A DNA stretch of 63,371 bases, counting the filler, from Licmophora abbreviata (taxonomy: Eukaryota): assembly GCA_900291995.1 (NCBI GenBank). It is 7 parts of 7 records of this genome, joined end to end, with 100 filler letters (N's around TTAATTAATTAA, not from the genome) between each part and the next. Parts side by side here need not be neighbours in the genome. Positions count along the whole stretch, not along the records: positions 2,717 to 20,397 come from OLMU01003217.1; positions 20,498 to 26,296 come from OLMU01003218.1; 5 more parts are not named here. One strand, 5' to 3'. Below the pieces are notes generated by a model. It was not told the origin of the DNA, ran no database searches, and saw only the letters and a program-made list of their open reading frames with translations. The translations under genes were made by a program, and so were the position numbers. This document shows positions 10,556 to 22,693 of this stretch, one piece after another. How positions within the stretch are numbered: position 1 is the stretch's first letter; every line of letters begins with the position of its first letter.

Positions 10556-11644
10556 TTAGTTTGCCATGTTGTGCTCTACAGAGTCAACGTCGTCCAGTTC
10601 CTCCAGTGCGTCGATAATGTTCATGTTCTTTTCAAAGTCTTCGTCCGAACATTCTACAGGCGCCTTGCTGACATGTGCGAGAGTCATCTTTGCATCCCCG
10701 TGACCTAGCGAAGTCACTGCGTCCATCATCAGAGCAGCCTCTTTTGGATCCGCGTACACAATGCTCGTCCCTTCCATGTCACCCTGTATTATTACAACGA
10801 AAACACAAACGATTGAAGTGAGGCGAACAGGGGGAGTAGTGAGTGAAACGCCCGTTCAGCACGAAGCGCGGCACGTACCTGAACAAGTTCCATTTCTTCG
10901 CATCCCGCTTCGATTGCAGCTTCGAGAAGTTCCTCTTCGTCCAGTTGAGCATTGACTTCGACTTTACCTTTCCGGTCGTACATGAAAAGAACGGAACCAG
11001 GCTCTGCAATTTTCCCTTGTCTCTTGTTCACGGTCGCCTTGACATCCGCGGTTGCCCGATTTGCATTATCTGAGAGCACGTTGATGACAAACGAAGCACC
11101 ACCAAGCCCATACGCTTCAAAGGTTGATTCGGAGAAGTCTCCCGTGGCAGCTTCCGAAGCCTTCTTAATGGCTCGATTGATGTTCTGTCAGAAGCCCCGG
11201 CATGCAAAACGGCGTATCGGTATAGGAGAGAAAAACAGGTGAGACGACTTAAATGCAGCACTTTGATACATTACAGCAGGCAGACTTCCGAGCACTTACG
11301 TCGACAGGGACGTTGTTCGCCTTGGCTTGTTTGATTACATCGTTCAGCATGCGATTCCCCTCAGGGTCGGGACTGCCTCCTTGCTTGACGGCCATGATGA
11401 TCCGCTTTCCGTAGACAGCATTCGTTTTTGCCTTCTTCAAATCTGACTTGGACTTCGTTGCTGCACGTACCGCAGCAGCACGACCCATGAAGAGAGGCAA
11501 CAGTCTGGCGGGGGCTTCAGGGACGACATTCCTATCGGTAGTAGCAGGGTGCCTTCGCGCCGTCGGATTGTTTGAAATGATGAATCCCGACACAAGTCCT
11601 GATCCCACGAAGAGAACTCCAATAGACAGCGCTAGGATCCTCAT
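10556..11644 (-). CDS. YebC/TACO1-family protein, probably plastid-targeted, 3 exons
   Basis: Signal peptide plus VSG-FII; MGRAAAVRAATK, GGSPDPEGN, FEAYGLGG, SDNANR and LEELDDVDSVEHN. Introns 11185-11299 and 10784-10878. Confidence 0.88.
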
Positions 11645-12072
11645 GGTGTTATCGCTCTACTGGAACAGCCGCGTCGTAGTGGGAAGACAAGGCCAGAAGC
11701 GAACACACAGCACCGCGTTTGTGTGTCGGTATCTCAGGCCTGCGGTCGTGTCGTGATGCCGTGAGCGCGGTGATGGTCGGCGTTTTGTGCGTGCACAGTG
11801 ATGCGTGACGTCGTGTGTGTTGATGTGCGGTAACACAAGAAAGATACGCGAGCGACAGACAGAAGTCATGTGATATACTCCGCGGGCTCATCGCTGCGTG
11901 GCCGGCGCTCTTTTCGTTCCAAGCCCAAAGCACAAACTTTGTCTCATCTACACAATTTCGAATTTGACGATCCTGTTGTTTCATCACAACATTATCTGTT
12001 GTGTTGCTGCCTGCACTGTACATTCCTCTGTGCATTGTCGTCCCATTGATTTTGAGCTGGAGGGGCTCCAAG

Positions 12073-14454
12073 ATGTCGTCTCGATTAGATCTGGAGGTCG
12101 AGGCCCCCGCAACTGACGAGAATCTCTCCGACTCGCTGGAGAATGAGGGTCGGTCCATGGATCCCGCTTTCAAACGCGATGGCTCCGATGCGTTGCAAGA
12201 CTTCGCCTCATTGCCGGGGGACTTTAACGATATCTTCTCTGTAACGATCCGCGAAGGAACACGTGGTATAGCTCTGTACTCGGTACTGGTGATCGCATCA
12301 TGCATGGCGATGGTATCAGGTCTTATGCTTCTGGAGTACAGGCCGCCAAGCTTTGAGACTTCAGCTACCACGACTCTGAACTCTTCAACAACCAAGACTA
12401 CCGAATCCGACGCATTTACTTCTCCACTACCGAAGCCTCTTTGGGCAGATCTTTTGTTCCTTCAGATTCAGGTCATTCAGAATCTGGTACACGCCTCGCT
12501 ACTGGGTGGGGCTGCCATCGTCGCTGCTTGTCGTGGCGACGCGTGGTTCATGTTCTTTTCGCGGAACTGTGCATTTTTCTTCGGCTTGCCGGCCATATCA
12601 TATCTGACCACTGCCCTCTTCGAAACTGACTCTCGTGCCGGTAACCAGCAGATCATAATATGCAGTCTCTTTGCAGTGTTCTGCTCGATTGCCTTCTTCC
12701 GTTTGGAGGCTGTGAGTTGGAAGATTCGAAACATACCGCATGGGCACATCAGTCAAAGTTGCCTTTCAGAAAAAGCTGATACACCCCAAGGTGTTGCAAG
12801 AAATCAGTTTGAAGTGAGACAAGCTAAAATCGTTCATCAAAGCGCCATTGCGGTGCAGCTGATATCCGTCTTGTATACCGTTGTCACCACTGCGCTGGAA
12901 CTTTCATCTCGCGTTGGGATCGGTGACGCTGCGAGCAGGGGCGATAATAGGCACTTGGATGGGGTCGACACCAATAACAGAAGCGCTCTCTTTATATTTG
13001 AAGCCTCCTATAGCTTGGGGGCGCACGAGGCCTTCCTCTTGACTTTGTTCCTTCTCTGCTCAGTGTATCCCTCATGCCCAGCTTGCTACGGGGGAGCGAT
13101 TCTGGCGTCTGCGTGGCGGTTCTTGTTGGCGCTCTGTTCAGGGATCCACTTGCTGACCACTTACACTGAGTGGACCTCTAGAGCTACCCTTTCTCTGCTC
13201 TTCACATCTTTGGAAGGGGCGAGCGTCTTTCCGATCCTTTTCTCCGCCTCTCTACTCGCACGGAACGACATGACAGGGCGTGCATCGTCAGAAAGGCTCA
13301 AGCCAGGGAACAAGGCTGGATACAGTCAAGTAGAAATCGTGGATAATTCCGTTATGCACGGGGACCAGAACGAATTCGTTTCCGTCAGTGATCGAGTAAT
13401 GGGCTTTACTTCTTGCTCTCTTCGGAATGCGAGCTGTGGACAGATGAGCTGTCCGACATTGAGGGTGATTGGTGAGTCCCCCAGGTACTCGGCACGAAAG
13501 CGATTGGGCGCAACCATACTTTGGAAAAGCTCGCTTTGCCTCTTTGTTGGCATGTCTTTGGAATGCGTTGCGCTGCTCACTACTACGAAGCTGGGCTCAG
13601 GTGAAGCTCATGACGTCTACAAATGGGGGATGCATGTCTGCGCTATGGTTTTATTTTGCTGTGTCATGAACGTCTCCAGCCCTGGGGTATACTCCTATTC
13701 CCGGATACTTCTCTTCGTGGCATGTCCAGCAGGATCCGTCATCGGTATTTGGCAGCTGTGGTTACTATTCTCGTCTTCGGGTCAACATGGTACCATGCCA
13801 ATCCTGGTCGCCTCGCTCTTTGGAATACGTGTGCTCACCGGTTTTGTTCAGACTATCGGTCTTTGTCTCTTGTCCGATACGAAAGAAGATACTGAAGAAT
13901 TGCCGGAGCGGAATGAGGGTGGGGCGTTTATAGGGAGCACAGAAACGTCATCCAAGATAGACGATTCTGGCCTTCAGCACGCCGTGCGGTTGGGAAGGGC
14001 TTTACTGCTCAAGATCTACATTCCTACTGTCGCTTTGTACGTTGCGACATCAACGCTACTCGGAAACATAAGGGAGCCCATGATATCGCCGTCGACATTT
14101 AACCCGTCTGCTCATGCAACCAACACATTTGCCTTTGCGCCGATCTGGCCAGGAATTGGATTGTCTTTCCACTTCGGTCTCCTGCTTGTCGTATTTGCCA
14201 GCGATGGCCTTACCGCTGCGACTCCGTCTTATCCTCCTAGCCTGACGATCGCTTCCTTATTTTCTGGTCACGTTGCCCTGCTACTTACGTCGCATCTTAT
14301 CATTGACATGGCAAATGCATACATGGATATACGAGATATAGAATCATCCGACTGGCTTCGATGGACTGCCATCGCTCCATGGGTTGTTTCGGCGAGCTGG
14401 CTTTCCTTTATCTTGATTCGGATTCGGAGGTTGAAAACTAAACATCTAGACTAG
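12073..14454 (+). CDS. Uncharacterised polytopic membrane protein (~16 TM)
   Basis: Single long ORF with many hydrophobic segments in four clusters. No family recognised. Confidence 0.75.
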   Translation: MSSRLDLEVEAPATDENLSDSLENEGRSMDPAFKRDGSDALQDFASLPGDFNDIFSVTIREGTRGIALYSVLVIASCMAMVSGLMLLEYRPPSFETSATTTLNSSTTKTTESDAFTSPLPKPLWADLLFLQIQVIQNLVHASLLGGAAIVAACRGDAWFMFFSRNCAFFFGLPAISYLTTALFETDSRAGNQQIIICSLFAVFCSIAFFRLEAVSWKIRNIPHGHISQSCLSEKADTPQGVARNQFEVRQAKIVHQSAIAVQLISVLYTVVTTALELSSRVGIGDAASRGDNRHLDGVDTNNRSALFIFEASYSLGAHEAFLLTLFLLCSVYPSCPACYGGAILASAWRFLLALCSGIHLLTTYTEWTSRATLSLLFTSLEGASVFPILFSASLLARNDMTGRASSERLKPGNKAGYSQVEIVDNSVMHGDQNEFVSVSDRVMGFTSCSLRNASCGQMSCPTLRVIGESPRYSARKRLGATILWKSSLCLFVGMSLECVALLTTTKLGSGEAHDVYKWGMHVCAMVLFCCVMNVSSPGVYSYSRILLFVACPAGSVIGIWQLWLLFSSSGQHGTMPILVASLFGIRVLTGFVQTIGLCLLSDTKEDTEELPERNEGGAFIGSTETSSKIDDSGLQHAVRLGRALLLKIYIPTVALYVATSTLLGNIREPMISPSTFNPSAHATNTFAFAPIWPGIGLSFHFGLLLVVFASDGLTAATPSYPPSLTIASLFSGHVALLLTSHLIIDMANAYMDIRDIESSDWLRWTAIAPWVVSASWLSFILIRIRRLKTKHLD

Positions 14455-14750
14455 AATTGTAGCTTAGCTAAGTGTGTGTTGTGTGGTTTGGACTTCCGGA
14501 GGTCAGCGCGGGAGATGGACTTCAAACCAAAATGTCATGACACTGACCACTGCCGATTTTGTTTTGATAAGCTTGTATTCGTATCATATACGCTAACTAC
14601 AGTATTGTTCCTTACACTGGTAGTGAACTAGCGTTGTCAATTTTTATTTGGAATACAAAACCTAAAGTAAAATAGGACAGGTTGAAACTTGTCGTATGAG
14701 ATCTGACGCATCCAAATTGCTCTCATTTTCCTTGCCGCTGACCCACCACC

Positions 14751-15608
14751 ATGATGGGTCATGGTCGTCTCGTCTACCTTCTCCTTACAACAACCCCTCT
14801 GAAAAGTCTTCAGTATTCCTCAGTAATCACACTGGCAAGACACCGTCACAGGTTTGACCGAGCAAGGACAATGGCTTCCTCGAACGAAATGGACTCCTCC
14901 GTTGGCCTTTCAGACATCGGGGGCGGTGGAAGCGATGAGGGGGAACCTGATGAGCCCGTTTTGTCGTGGCGCAGTCGGATAAACGACTCAATTGCCAGAT
15001 CTCGCAAGATCCGAGGTTCAAACTATGTGCAGATTGCGACAATCGACCCTGACACAATGGAACCGCGATGCCGAACCGTAGTCTTTCGAGGATTCCAGAA
15101 GTTGTTGGGCACGTCATCGTCTACTGGTAGTGATGGTGCGGCATACGACGGCATGTCCTGTGTCATGAAAATGATCACGGACAACCGCTCTAATAAAGTT
15201 TCCGAAGCCTCGAAACATCCTAGACAAACAGCAGAAATGGTCTGGTGGTTTCCCAAATCGAGTGAGCAGTATCGGATTCGGGGAAAGCTTGAATTCGTTG
15301 GGTCTGGGACCTTCCCCCTGGACGACGATGATCACTACTCGTTGTCTAGAAAGGAACAATGGGGTAACCTCAGCGATACAGCTCGCGAGCAGTTCTTTTG
15401 GAAGGATCCCGGCGTGTCCTATTCTGGAGAATCAGCGGTCCCGATGGGCGGACGAGACTCTAATGGGAAGGTACTTCCGCCTCCGGACAACTTCCTTCTT
15501 ATGTTACTATTTCCCTCCAGAGTTGACTATCTTCGACTTGGAGACAACTTTAGACAAGTTGATGAGGTATCAGGTGGTGACTGGGCTCAAGTTCGATTAA
15601 ATCCCTAA
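14751..15608 (+). CDS. Pyridoxamine 5'-phosphate oxidase-related FMN-binding protein (Alr4036-like)
   Basis: YVQIAT, PRCRTVVFRGF, TDNRSNKV, EQYRIRG, W..LS..AREQF and VDYLRL. Confidence 0.85.
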   Translation: MMGHGRLVYLLLTTTPLKSLQYSSVITLARHRHRFDRARTMASSNEMDSSVGLSDIGGGGSDEGEPDEPVLSWRSRINDSIARSRKIRGSNYVQIATIDPDTMEPRCRTVVFRGFQKLLGTSSSTGSDGAAYDGMSCVMKMITDNRSNKVSEASKHPRQTAEMVWWFPKSSEQYRIRGKLEFVGSGTFPLDDDDHYSLSRKEQWGNLSDTAREQFFWKDPGVSYSGESAVPMGGRDSNGKVLPPPDNFLLMLLFPSRVDYLRLGDNFRQVDEVSGGDWAQVRLNP

Positions 15609-15700
15609 ACGCTAACTGTATAAATATATAATTGACGAGGGGGCTACTGATCAAGCGCCTTTCGACCGTACTATGGAGCCATACATAAGTACAAGCTCTC

Positions 15701-17014
15701 TTAGCTGCAAGACACGACTTGTCCACGCTCTACACGACTTCGCTTAGGCCCCGACTCCTGCAAGCGCGTCGCATTAGAATATCCAATCGCGTGATGTCCA
15801 TTCGGCCGTTGATACGAACCTTGAGTATACTGACCATCCTCCTTTTCCCGTCCACGGGCGGTCTTCTTTTCCCGACTCCTGAAATCTTTCTCTTCGCGTC
15901 GCTGATCTCCTGATGGATCGTACTTCATGACAAAATCATCGCGTTTGTTCATAGCACGCGCGCGGTGAGCCAACATCGGGTAGTGATCGTCAAGCTGACA
16001 AAGCCATTTCCATGCCATTTTCTTTCTTCCTGTCCGAGTCTTGATCCATGCGTCATTGAAATTCCGTGGTGAGACGTAATTCTGCGTAATGCCGACCGTG
16101 TGGGTGAGGTTGCAGACTGCATGCCACCACCCATTGGGAACGAACACGCACTCTCCTTCATTCTGAGTGAATTCGTAGCAGCAGAAGTCCTTGTAGTCCC
16201 CAAAATTTCCGGTAGCAGCCGCCTTCCGTTTGATACGAGGCAAGATAGTCATAAAGTAGTGAATCGCTTCGTCGTCCTCGTCTTTTCGAATGAGCCCCTT
16301 CCCCTTGACGACATGCTTCGGAACATGAGGCGGGAACAAGACCCAGCGTTTCTTGCCGACAATGAGCGTATTCCATGCCGAGCTTGCTAGAGGGTCAATG
16401 TGAACTGTTGTCCCGCTACGCTGTGGCCCTACCAAGAACCAGCGGTACGGAGGCCGACGTGACTCACTGACAAGGCCAAATAAGTCTTCTTCAAAGTACG
16501 AAGGCACCCCATAGTCATTGAGAATTCTCTTTGCGTGCTTGTCGTCGTCGAAGCGCGAGTCGAAAATGTATAGAGGCGAGTCGTCGCGATTGTGCCGGAG
16601 ATACTTCAGAAAATGTTTGAGCTTGATTTTGATGGATCCTCCATCGTCGTCTTCGCCGCACTTGAAGACGCGATTCCGCAGGTCATCGTTCTGTTCCAAT
16701 GAGTCTAGCTGCCATTGGTGGACCGCCTGCCAGTTGTTTGTCTGTGGCACATGAGAAATAACGCACGGAATCTTGTTGGCTTCATAGGTGTTCCAGAAAG
16801 TCTCTTTTGATAAGTTTCTACTGTCCAATATGACAGGAAGATGTTGTGCTTGCGACGCCGATGCGCCGGGAAGCACCAACGCCTGGTAGGGCTCGTGCTC
16901 CAAAAGTGATTCGACGAAGGCCGGGAAAGCTTCGTACAGACCGTCGCATTCCCAATTCTTCAAAGACGGCCTATGCAGTCTACGTGCACGTTCTATTTTC
17001 TCTTCCCAGCCCAT
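15701..17014 (-). CDS. JMJD6: JmjC-domain protein, JMJD6/PSR-like
   Basis: FKCGEDDDG, DDSPLYIFD, RRPPYRWFLVGPQRSGTTVHIDPL, SAWNTL, GKKRWVLFPP, FVPNGWWHAV and TQNY. Confidence 0.9.
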   Translation of the reverse strand: MGWEEKIERARRLHRPSLKNWECDGLYEAFPAFVESLLEHEPYQALVLPGASASQAQHLPVILDSRNLSKETFWNTYEANKIPCVISHVPQTNNWQAVHQWQLDSLEQNDDLRNRVFKCGEDDDGGSIKIKLKHFLKYLRHNRDDSPLYIFDSRFDDDKHAKRILNDYGVPSYFEEDLFGLVSESRRPPYRWFLVGPQRSGTTVHIDPLASSAWNTLIVGKKRWVLFPPHVPKHVVKGKGLIRKDEDDEAIHYFMTILPRIKRKAAATGNFGDYKDFCCYEFTQNEGECVFVPNGWWHAVCNLTHTVGITQNYVSPRNFNDAWIKTRTGRKKMAWKWLCQLDDHYPMLAHRARAMNKRDDFVMKYDPSGDQRREEKDFRSREKKTARGREKEDGQYTQGSYQRPNGHHAIGYSNATRLQESGPKRSRVERGQVVSCS

Positions 17015-17466
17015 GGTGTAGACTAGCTGGCCATTAATTTATTAGAATGAAGGCAACGTTGGGTTCGTATCAAACTACTTTGCACCATGGTTAAACGTCA
17101 TCGCGGCGCGAAGACGGATGTTGACTGTCCGGTGGATGGATGGACGGTGCCGATTAGGCTATCAGCCACTTGATATACTCATCATACGAGTAGGAAGCTT
17201 ATATACAGTGGGCACACTATGCTTGTGTAGAATATGTATATAAACTAATCAAGGCACTGCGTCACAGGTACACATTGTTCGTAAGCAGCATGAATACCGA
17301 AAATTAATTTGGGTCTTTGCTACTATCGTAAACGTATCATACAAGTCTAACCGTAAAGTTGGAAAGATCTGCCGTCAAACCGACATCGTCAAGTTTGTTG
17401 TGATCTTGTGTTGGTTCTGAAGCGAGATACGCTCTTTTCTCTTCCTTACTTCCGTGAAAGACAGAT

Positions 17467-18540
17467 ATGGAATGTGCGACTCGAAATTTCGCGTTGTTGG
17501 TGTTCATTCTATGGGGATGGATGTGTCCACAGGCGAACGGATTCGCCCCGCGCCCCGTCGGCTGCGTATCGACTCTCCCCGTGTCTACGACCGTACAGCG
17601 GCACTCGGCAGTGCCAGACTCAGAAGGTTCTTCCCAGAAAGACAATAAGGCAATGGCATTTCTGCGCAAGATTGGTCGAGTAGGAGGATCTGCGAACCAG
17701 TTTGCTAACTCTGTCGGCGTCGACGAAGGGCCTGCCGGGAAGACGAGCTCCGGCGGATCCAAGGTAAGAAAGAGCCTTGCAACTTTGGCGATGTTGATGA
17801 GCGCTCGGTAGTGATGGCAGTTTCCTCATTGATAGTGTATGTTATGCAATAGACGGTCCGAAAGGCCAAGAGCGCCTACAGGGAATGTACAGTCTCTGGC
17901 GTGATTGAGGACATGTCTGAATCATTTCCGTTTACGAGCTCCGGAACCGAGTGGGCGGCCTTTACGGATCAAGTGATGGGTGGAGTTTCATCGGGGAGCA
18001 TAACGAGGGAAGAGGTGGAGGGAAAGCCTGCAAATGTCTTGCGTGGAAAGGTTTCACTGGAAAACAATGGAGGTTTCGTGCAAATGGCGACTGATCTGGC
18101 ACTTGACCCGTCAGTGTCGGACACTGTCGACGCATCCGACTACGATGGAATTGAGCTCGACGTACTTTGTCGAGGTGGGGACGAGAAGAATAGTTTCAAT
18201 GTTCAGTACGTAGCTCTCGTGAAGTGTTTGGTGTCGTGACGAAGCGATCTTTCTAACCCGCCAAAACACGGCCGTGCGCCGATCGTTCTTGATATCGCAC
18301 AGCCTAAAGAATCTTGCGTGTCTTCGACAATTCTCGTCGTACCGTGTGAGCTTTCATCTAGAAAAGGATGTTTGGAGCACGGTCCGGCTGCCATGGTCGG
18401 AATTCATGGGCTATGGCCCTGGAGCGGAAACTACGCCGTTCGACTCTTCCAGTCTGCGCCGGTTGGGCGTTGTCGCTATCGGTAGGGAGATGGACGTGGT
18501 CCTTGCTCTAGCAGGCATTAGATTTTACAGCGTAGTCTAA
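17467..18540 (+). CDS. CIA30/NDUFAF1-domain protein, probably plastid-targeted, 3 exons
   Basis: Signal peptide plus ANG-FAP; TDQVMGGVSSG, LRGKVSLENNGGF and W.TVRLPWSEF. Introns ~17764-17852 and ~18207-18302. Confidence 0.82.
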
Positions 18541-18745
18541 ACGGAACTGGGAACGTTTGCAATCATCCAAGTGCAATAGTATTGTCTCGCGCCACCCTTG
18601 CGCTTTGGTGCGTCTGATGGTCGGGGCAACACAATCGATGATGCACGGATGCACAGTTCTAGGTTTGCCAAGCCAACGAGAGGCTGCTATTTAGAACTAA
18701 GGTGTGTTCATCGACTAAACGCTTACTTTCCCAAACGGTACGGCA

Positions 18746-21700
18746 CTACTTTCCTTCTTCAGCTTCGTAGTCGGGATTGTCTTTGAGAATCACAAGACCT
18801 TCCAAGACGCTGCTCACAGCAAGTACCTCTTCCGTTCCCAGCTCGGCCCGTTCTGTGGCACCGAGCAACACCGGCGTGGTATGCGTCTGGAAACCAGTGA
18901 TTCGTTTGGGCTTTCCGGCTTGACCGACGGTCTCTACTGCCTGGCCGACGCGAGCAGTGACCGGTCTCCAGGACATGTCTTCATTCACAGTGATCAGCAT
19001 CCTTGGATTCATAGCGCACGTCAAATAATAGAGCAGATAGTGACTCTTATCCAGTAGCGTATTCTTCAAGTCCAAACATGAGTGAAGGAGAACAAGCACA
19101 CCACCAAGCGCAGGACCGTTCATCAGCATGCGATCGGAGTGGAAAGGGTTCAGTGTCATTAGACCCTTTCCCATATGCAACAAGCCTTGAGCGATTCTCA
19201 CACAGAAAACGTGACCTGCCTCCTTGCTATAGAACTCGCTCAACTGTCGCAGCAAGCCTGCCACTCGCGAGTTGTTCGTTCCGGCGCTGACGACACCAAG
19301 CCCAACTATCGCGTTTTGTGAAATCTCCGGGTCGGGGTCGTGCGAGAGGCGTGACAGCTGGTCAATCACAGCAAAGTCGGGATTTGAAATGTTGAGTACG
19401 GCGAGAGCCAGAGGAACCGCCCGCTTGACGGGAGGTTCGCAGTAGTGAAGAAGGTGGTCGAAAGTCCGCAAAGTCATTTCAGCCCCTACGTCTTCTCCCA
19501 TTGTGATGAGACCAAGACCTATGACGGCGGCCATCTGGTGCTCGGCGTCCTCTGTCAAGTGCTCAGCACACTCATGCATCATTTCTTGTATCTTGAGAAC
19601 GTTGCCGCTGCCAGCGTAGGCGCACGTCGTCAATAGAGTGACAGCGTACTTGGATATCTTGTGCTCGATGGTTCGAAGCGCCTCTGTCATAGCGTCGGCT
19701 TTCTCCATCTGGCCTAGAAAGAGAAGTCCGAGTCCAAGACACAGGAATCGTGCGTGCGAATGAGACAGATCATCGTCGGTGGCCTCCATCAGCGCCTGGA
19801 CAATCGTGCCGCCGACCGCATCATCGCATTTTCCGACGAAGATCATGCCGAGCGCAAGTCCAGCGAGCGACGCCTCCATCATACTCGTCGGCGAGCCGCT
19901 TGCGCTCTCGACAACGGGAAGGAGGATTTCCATGACGTCCTCTCGTGCCGTTCCGGCGTACGCGATTCCAAGCCCGGTGCACGATGCAATTTTCATTGTG
20001 TGCGCATCGCCTTCGATGTGTTCAGAAAGAAGCGCAAGCGCGGGATCGGCGTCGTTGCGTACACCGCTACTCAACATACCGACAGCGAGAGCTGCTCCCG
20101 CCTTGACGTAGTCTTCTGAGGAGTAGAGAAACTTATCAATCTTTGTGAGCCCTTCCTCCACGTTCCAGAGGAGAATCAATCCCAACGACGCAGCCGCGGA
20201 CATCATGCCGTGATCCTTGTTCTTGTACAGCCACTCATCGTCTGGAGTCATCAGCTGGAGAAACACGAGAATACGAACGCAGAATTTAGATTCAGGTGCG
20301 ACCAAGCATACTCGAAGCGCGGTGCACTGGCAGCGAGGGCGATTCGACTTACTTTGTCTTGTCCGAATCCGGCATTTACAAAGGCGTTCACATACGTNNN
20401 NNNNNNNNNNNNNNNNNNNNNNNNNNNNNNNNNNNNNNNNNTTAATTAATTAANNNNNNNNNNNNNNNNNNNNNNNNNNNNNNNNNNNNNNNNNNNNACT
20501 GGCCAAGTTCGCTCGGGCAGAGTCGACGTTGGCTCCTGCCGATTCCCGTCGGCGACTGAAGCCCCCCGTCTCGGCCAAATGAGATTTGTAGATATCTTCG
20601 GGTGTCTTGGGGTCCATGACGTCCAAATCTTGCGCTAGCTTCAAGAACTGTTCGCTCAGCTTGCCGTTTCCAATCAACTCGTTGAGCTCGTCCTCCTCGT
20701 CATCATCCTCAACTTCGTAATTTACGCGATGGCGCCCAAGCAACAAGCACATCTGCTTCTTCATCAATCGATCGCTACACGCAGACACGAGCTCTGGGAT
20801 GGCATCGGTATTGGACATTCGAAGCGCGACCCGGAGGGCATCAAAATACTGTTCCTGAGTGCGGAAGATCTCGAAGGCAGTCTCGAGCATTTCCTGTTGA
20901 GATGAATTCAAACCAATGGTGAGAATTGACTTGAAGCAAACATGCTCCTAGCTGCACTCGCCTAAACTCACCAGCAGATCATCTGGGTCCGACATAAAAT
21001 CAGCCGTCTTGACGAGATACAAGCAGATGCGTCCGAAATTGTTCTCATCGATTGCATCGAGTTTGAGAAGGTTTTTCAAACGTTGCACTTCAATCAATAG
21101 GTCGATTGCTTCTGCTTCTGCGTTGTGAGTCACGTGAAAGGGGACAATGACGTCCACCATTCCTAGCAAGTCGGCGAAAGGTTCGTCCTCATCTGGATCG
21201 GCTCCATCAAGGACGCGCGCATTGTACTCCGATCCAATTTCCCCCGCGAGGCTTCGAACAAACTCATGCCCCCACGACCCCAAGTTATCCTCAGCGTGAT
21301 CGGATGGAGATCCTTTCGCTGCCAGCGTGTCGTAGTCTTTCATGCCCGAAAGCTTAAACTTGAGACTCTCGCGGTCCTCTGTCAAAAGACGGTAAAAAGT
21401 CAAAAGAAGTTGTAAGAGTGTGCCGGCGCGTCCATGAAAACATAAACTCCATTTTACACAAGCGTGAACTTACCGTGCTTCCCCATGGTCATGGCGAGAA
21501 CTGATAGTACGTCGGACAAGCGTGCGCGGAGCTCTAGAGTCTCAATGTCGACAGTATCAGGAATGGTCGAGTGAAGCTTCTTGATGTCGGCGAAGTGAGG
21601 TCTCAAGAACTTGAGAGGCTTAGGAACAGATGTCATACTGGATGTGGCCGTTCTGAGCTCTGTTACGATGACATCAAGCGCCTTTTGTCGAATGGGAACC

Positions 21701-21888
21701 GTCACCGACGCCTCCTTGGCTTCATTGATGACGGTCGAGACGCAGGTCTCCAAGCGTTCCTTGAGCTCTTGGTCCTCTTCCGACATGGTATCCGGGCTCA
21801 CGTCCTCTTCCGGTTTCTTCTTTACATCCTTCTTCTTTTCCGTTTCTGCAGTCAGCTCGGCTGTCTCCTTCTTGTCGATCGGCGCCAT
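18746..21888 (-). CDS. RPN1: 26S proteasome regulatory subunit RPN1 (PSMD2), multi-exon, crossing an assembly linker
   Basis: TSSMTSVPKPLKFLRPH, SWGHEFVRSLAGEI, PEDIYKSHL, SAGTNNSR, RVGQAVETVGQAGKPKRITGFQTHTTPVLL. Confidence 0.95.
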
Positions 21889-22693
21889 GGTCAAGATACT
21901 CTCTTTGCTTTCCTTTCTTGTGGCTGCAATGCACATGCGATCGCAATCGAATGTCGGCGAAGACAGCCAATGCCCAAATTGGAGGTATGGTTGAGGCACG
22001 GACACTCACGTACAACCTGGATCAACCAGCCACACTCATATCATGAGTCCGTCCTTCGATCCGACGACGATGTCTGAGCTCAGAGTTCGAGCCCTTTTTG
22101 ATTTACTCGACTACGGATAGATTGAATTGACCTCAGCGCGTTAGTGCAAATAAGTCGATAATTGATGCGTTAACCCCGGTAGATACACGTGTGAATGGGA
22201 AACGGCCTACATAAGATTCGTGTCTCTTGACCCTGAAAGTGGGAAATCAAATCTCATTCCAGACTATGTTCAATGTCATTTGGGCTTGCCGTATTCCGGC
22301 CACGAGTTAGAAAGTTGCCGCTGGTCAACTGGGGCAAGTGAATCGCCAGGGCCCTCGAGCAAGCTTGCCTGTTTCAGCGTCTATTTAACATCAAGTGCGT
22401 AGAGGAAGTTTCTGGGATCATCGTAAGATGGCGGTTGTGTCTCGTCCGCACCGCTGTGTATCCGTCCAACCCTAGCCGCGGATCGAGTGACTTTCCAAGT
22501 ACGTACGCCTGACGATCGCTTTTGGAGAGACGCAACTCAAAACGAGGAGCTATCTCGGAAACACCCAGCCGATACATTAAGCTTCATACTCGTCTATCCA
22601 ATTCTTTTTTCTACATACTGGATTATGAGGAATACTCACAGTCATACTCTTATTAAAAGTAGTCGTACATGCACAAACCTAATCTCTCGTAAG

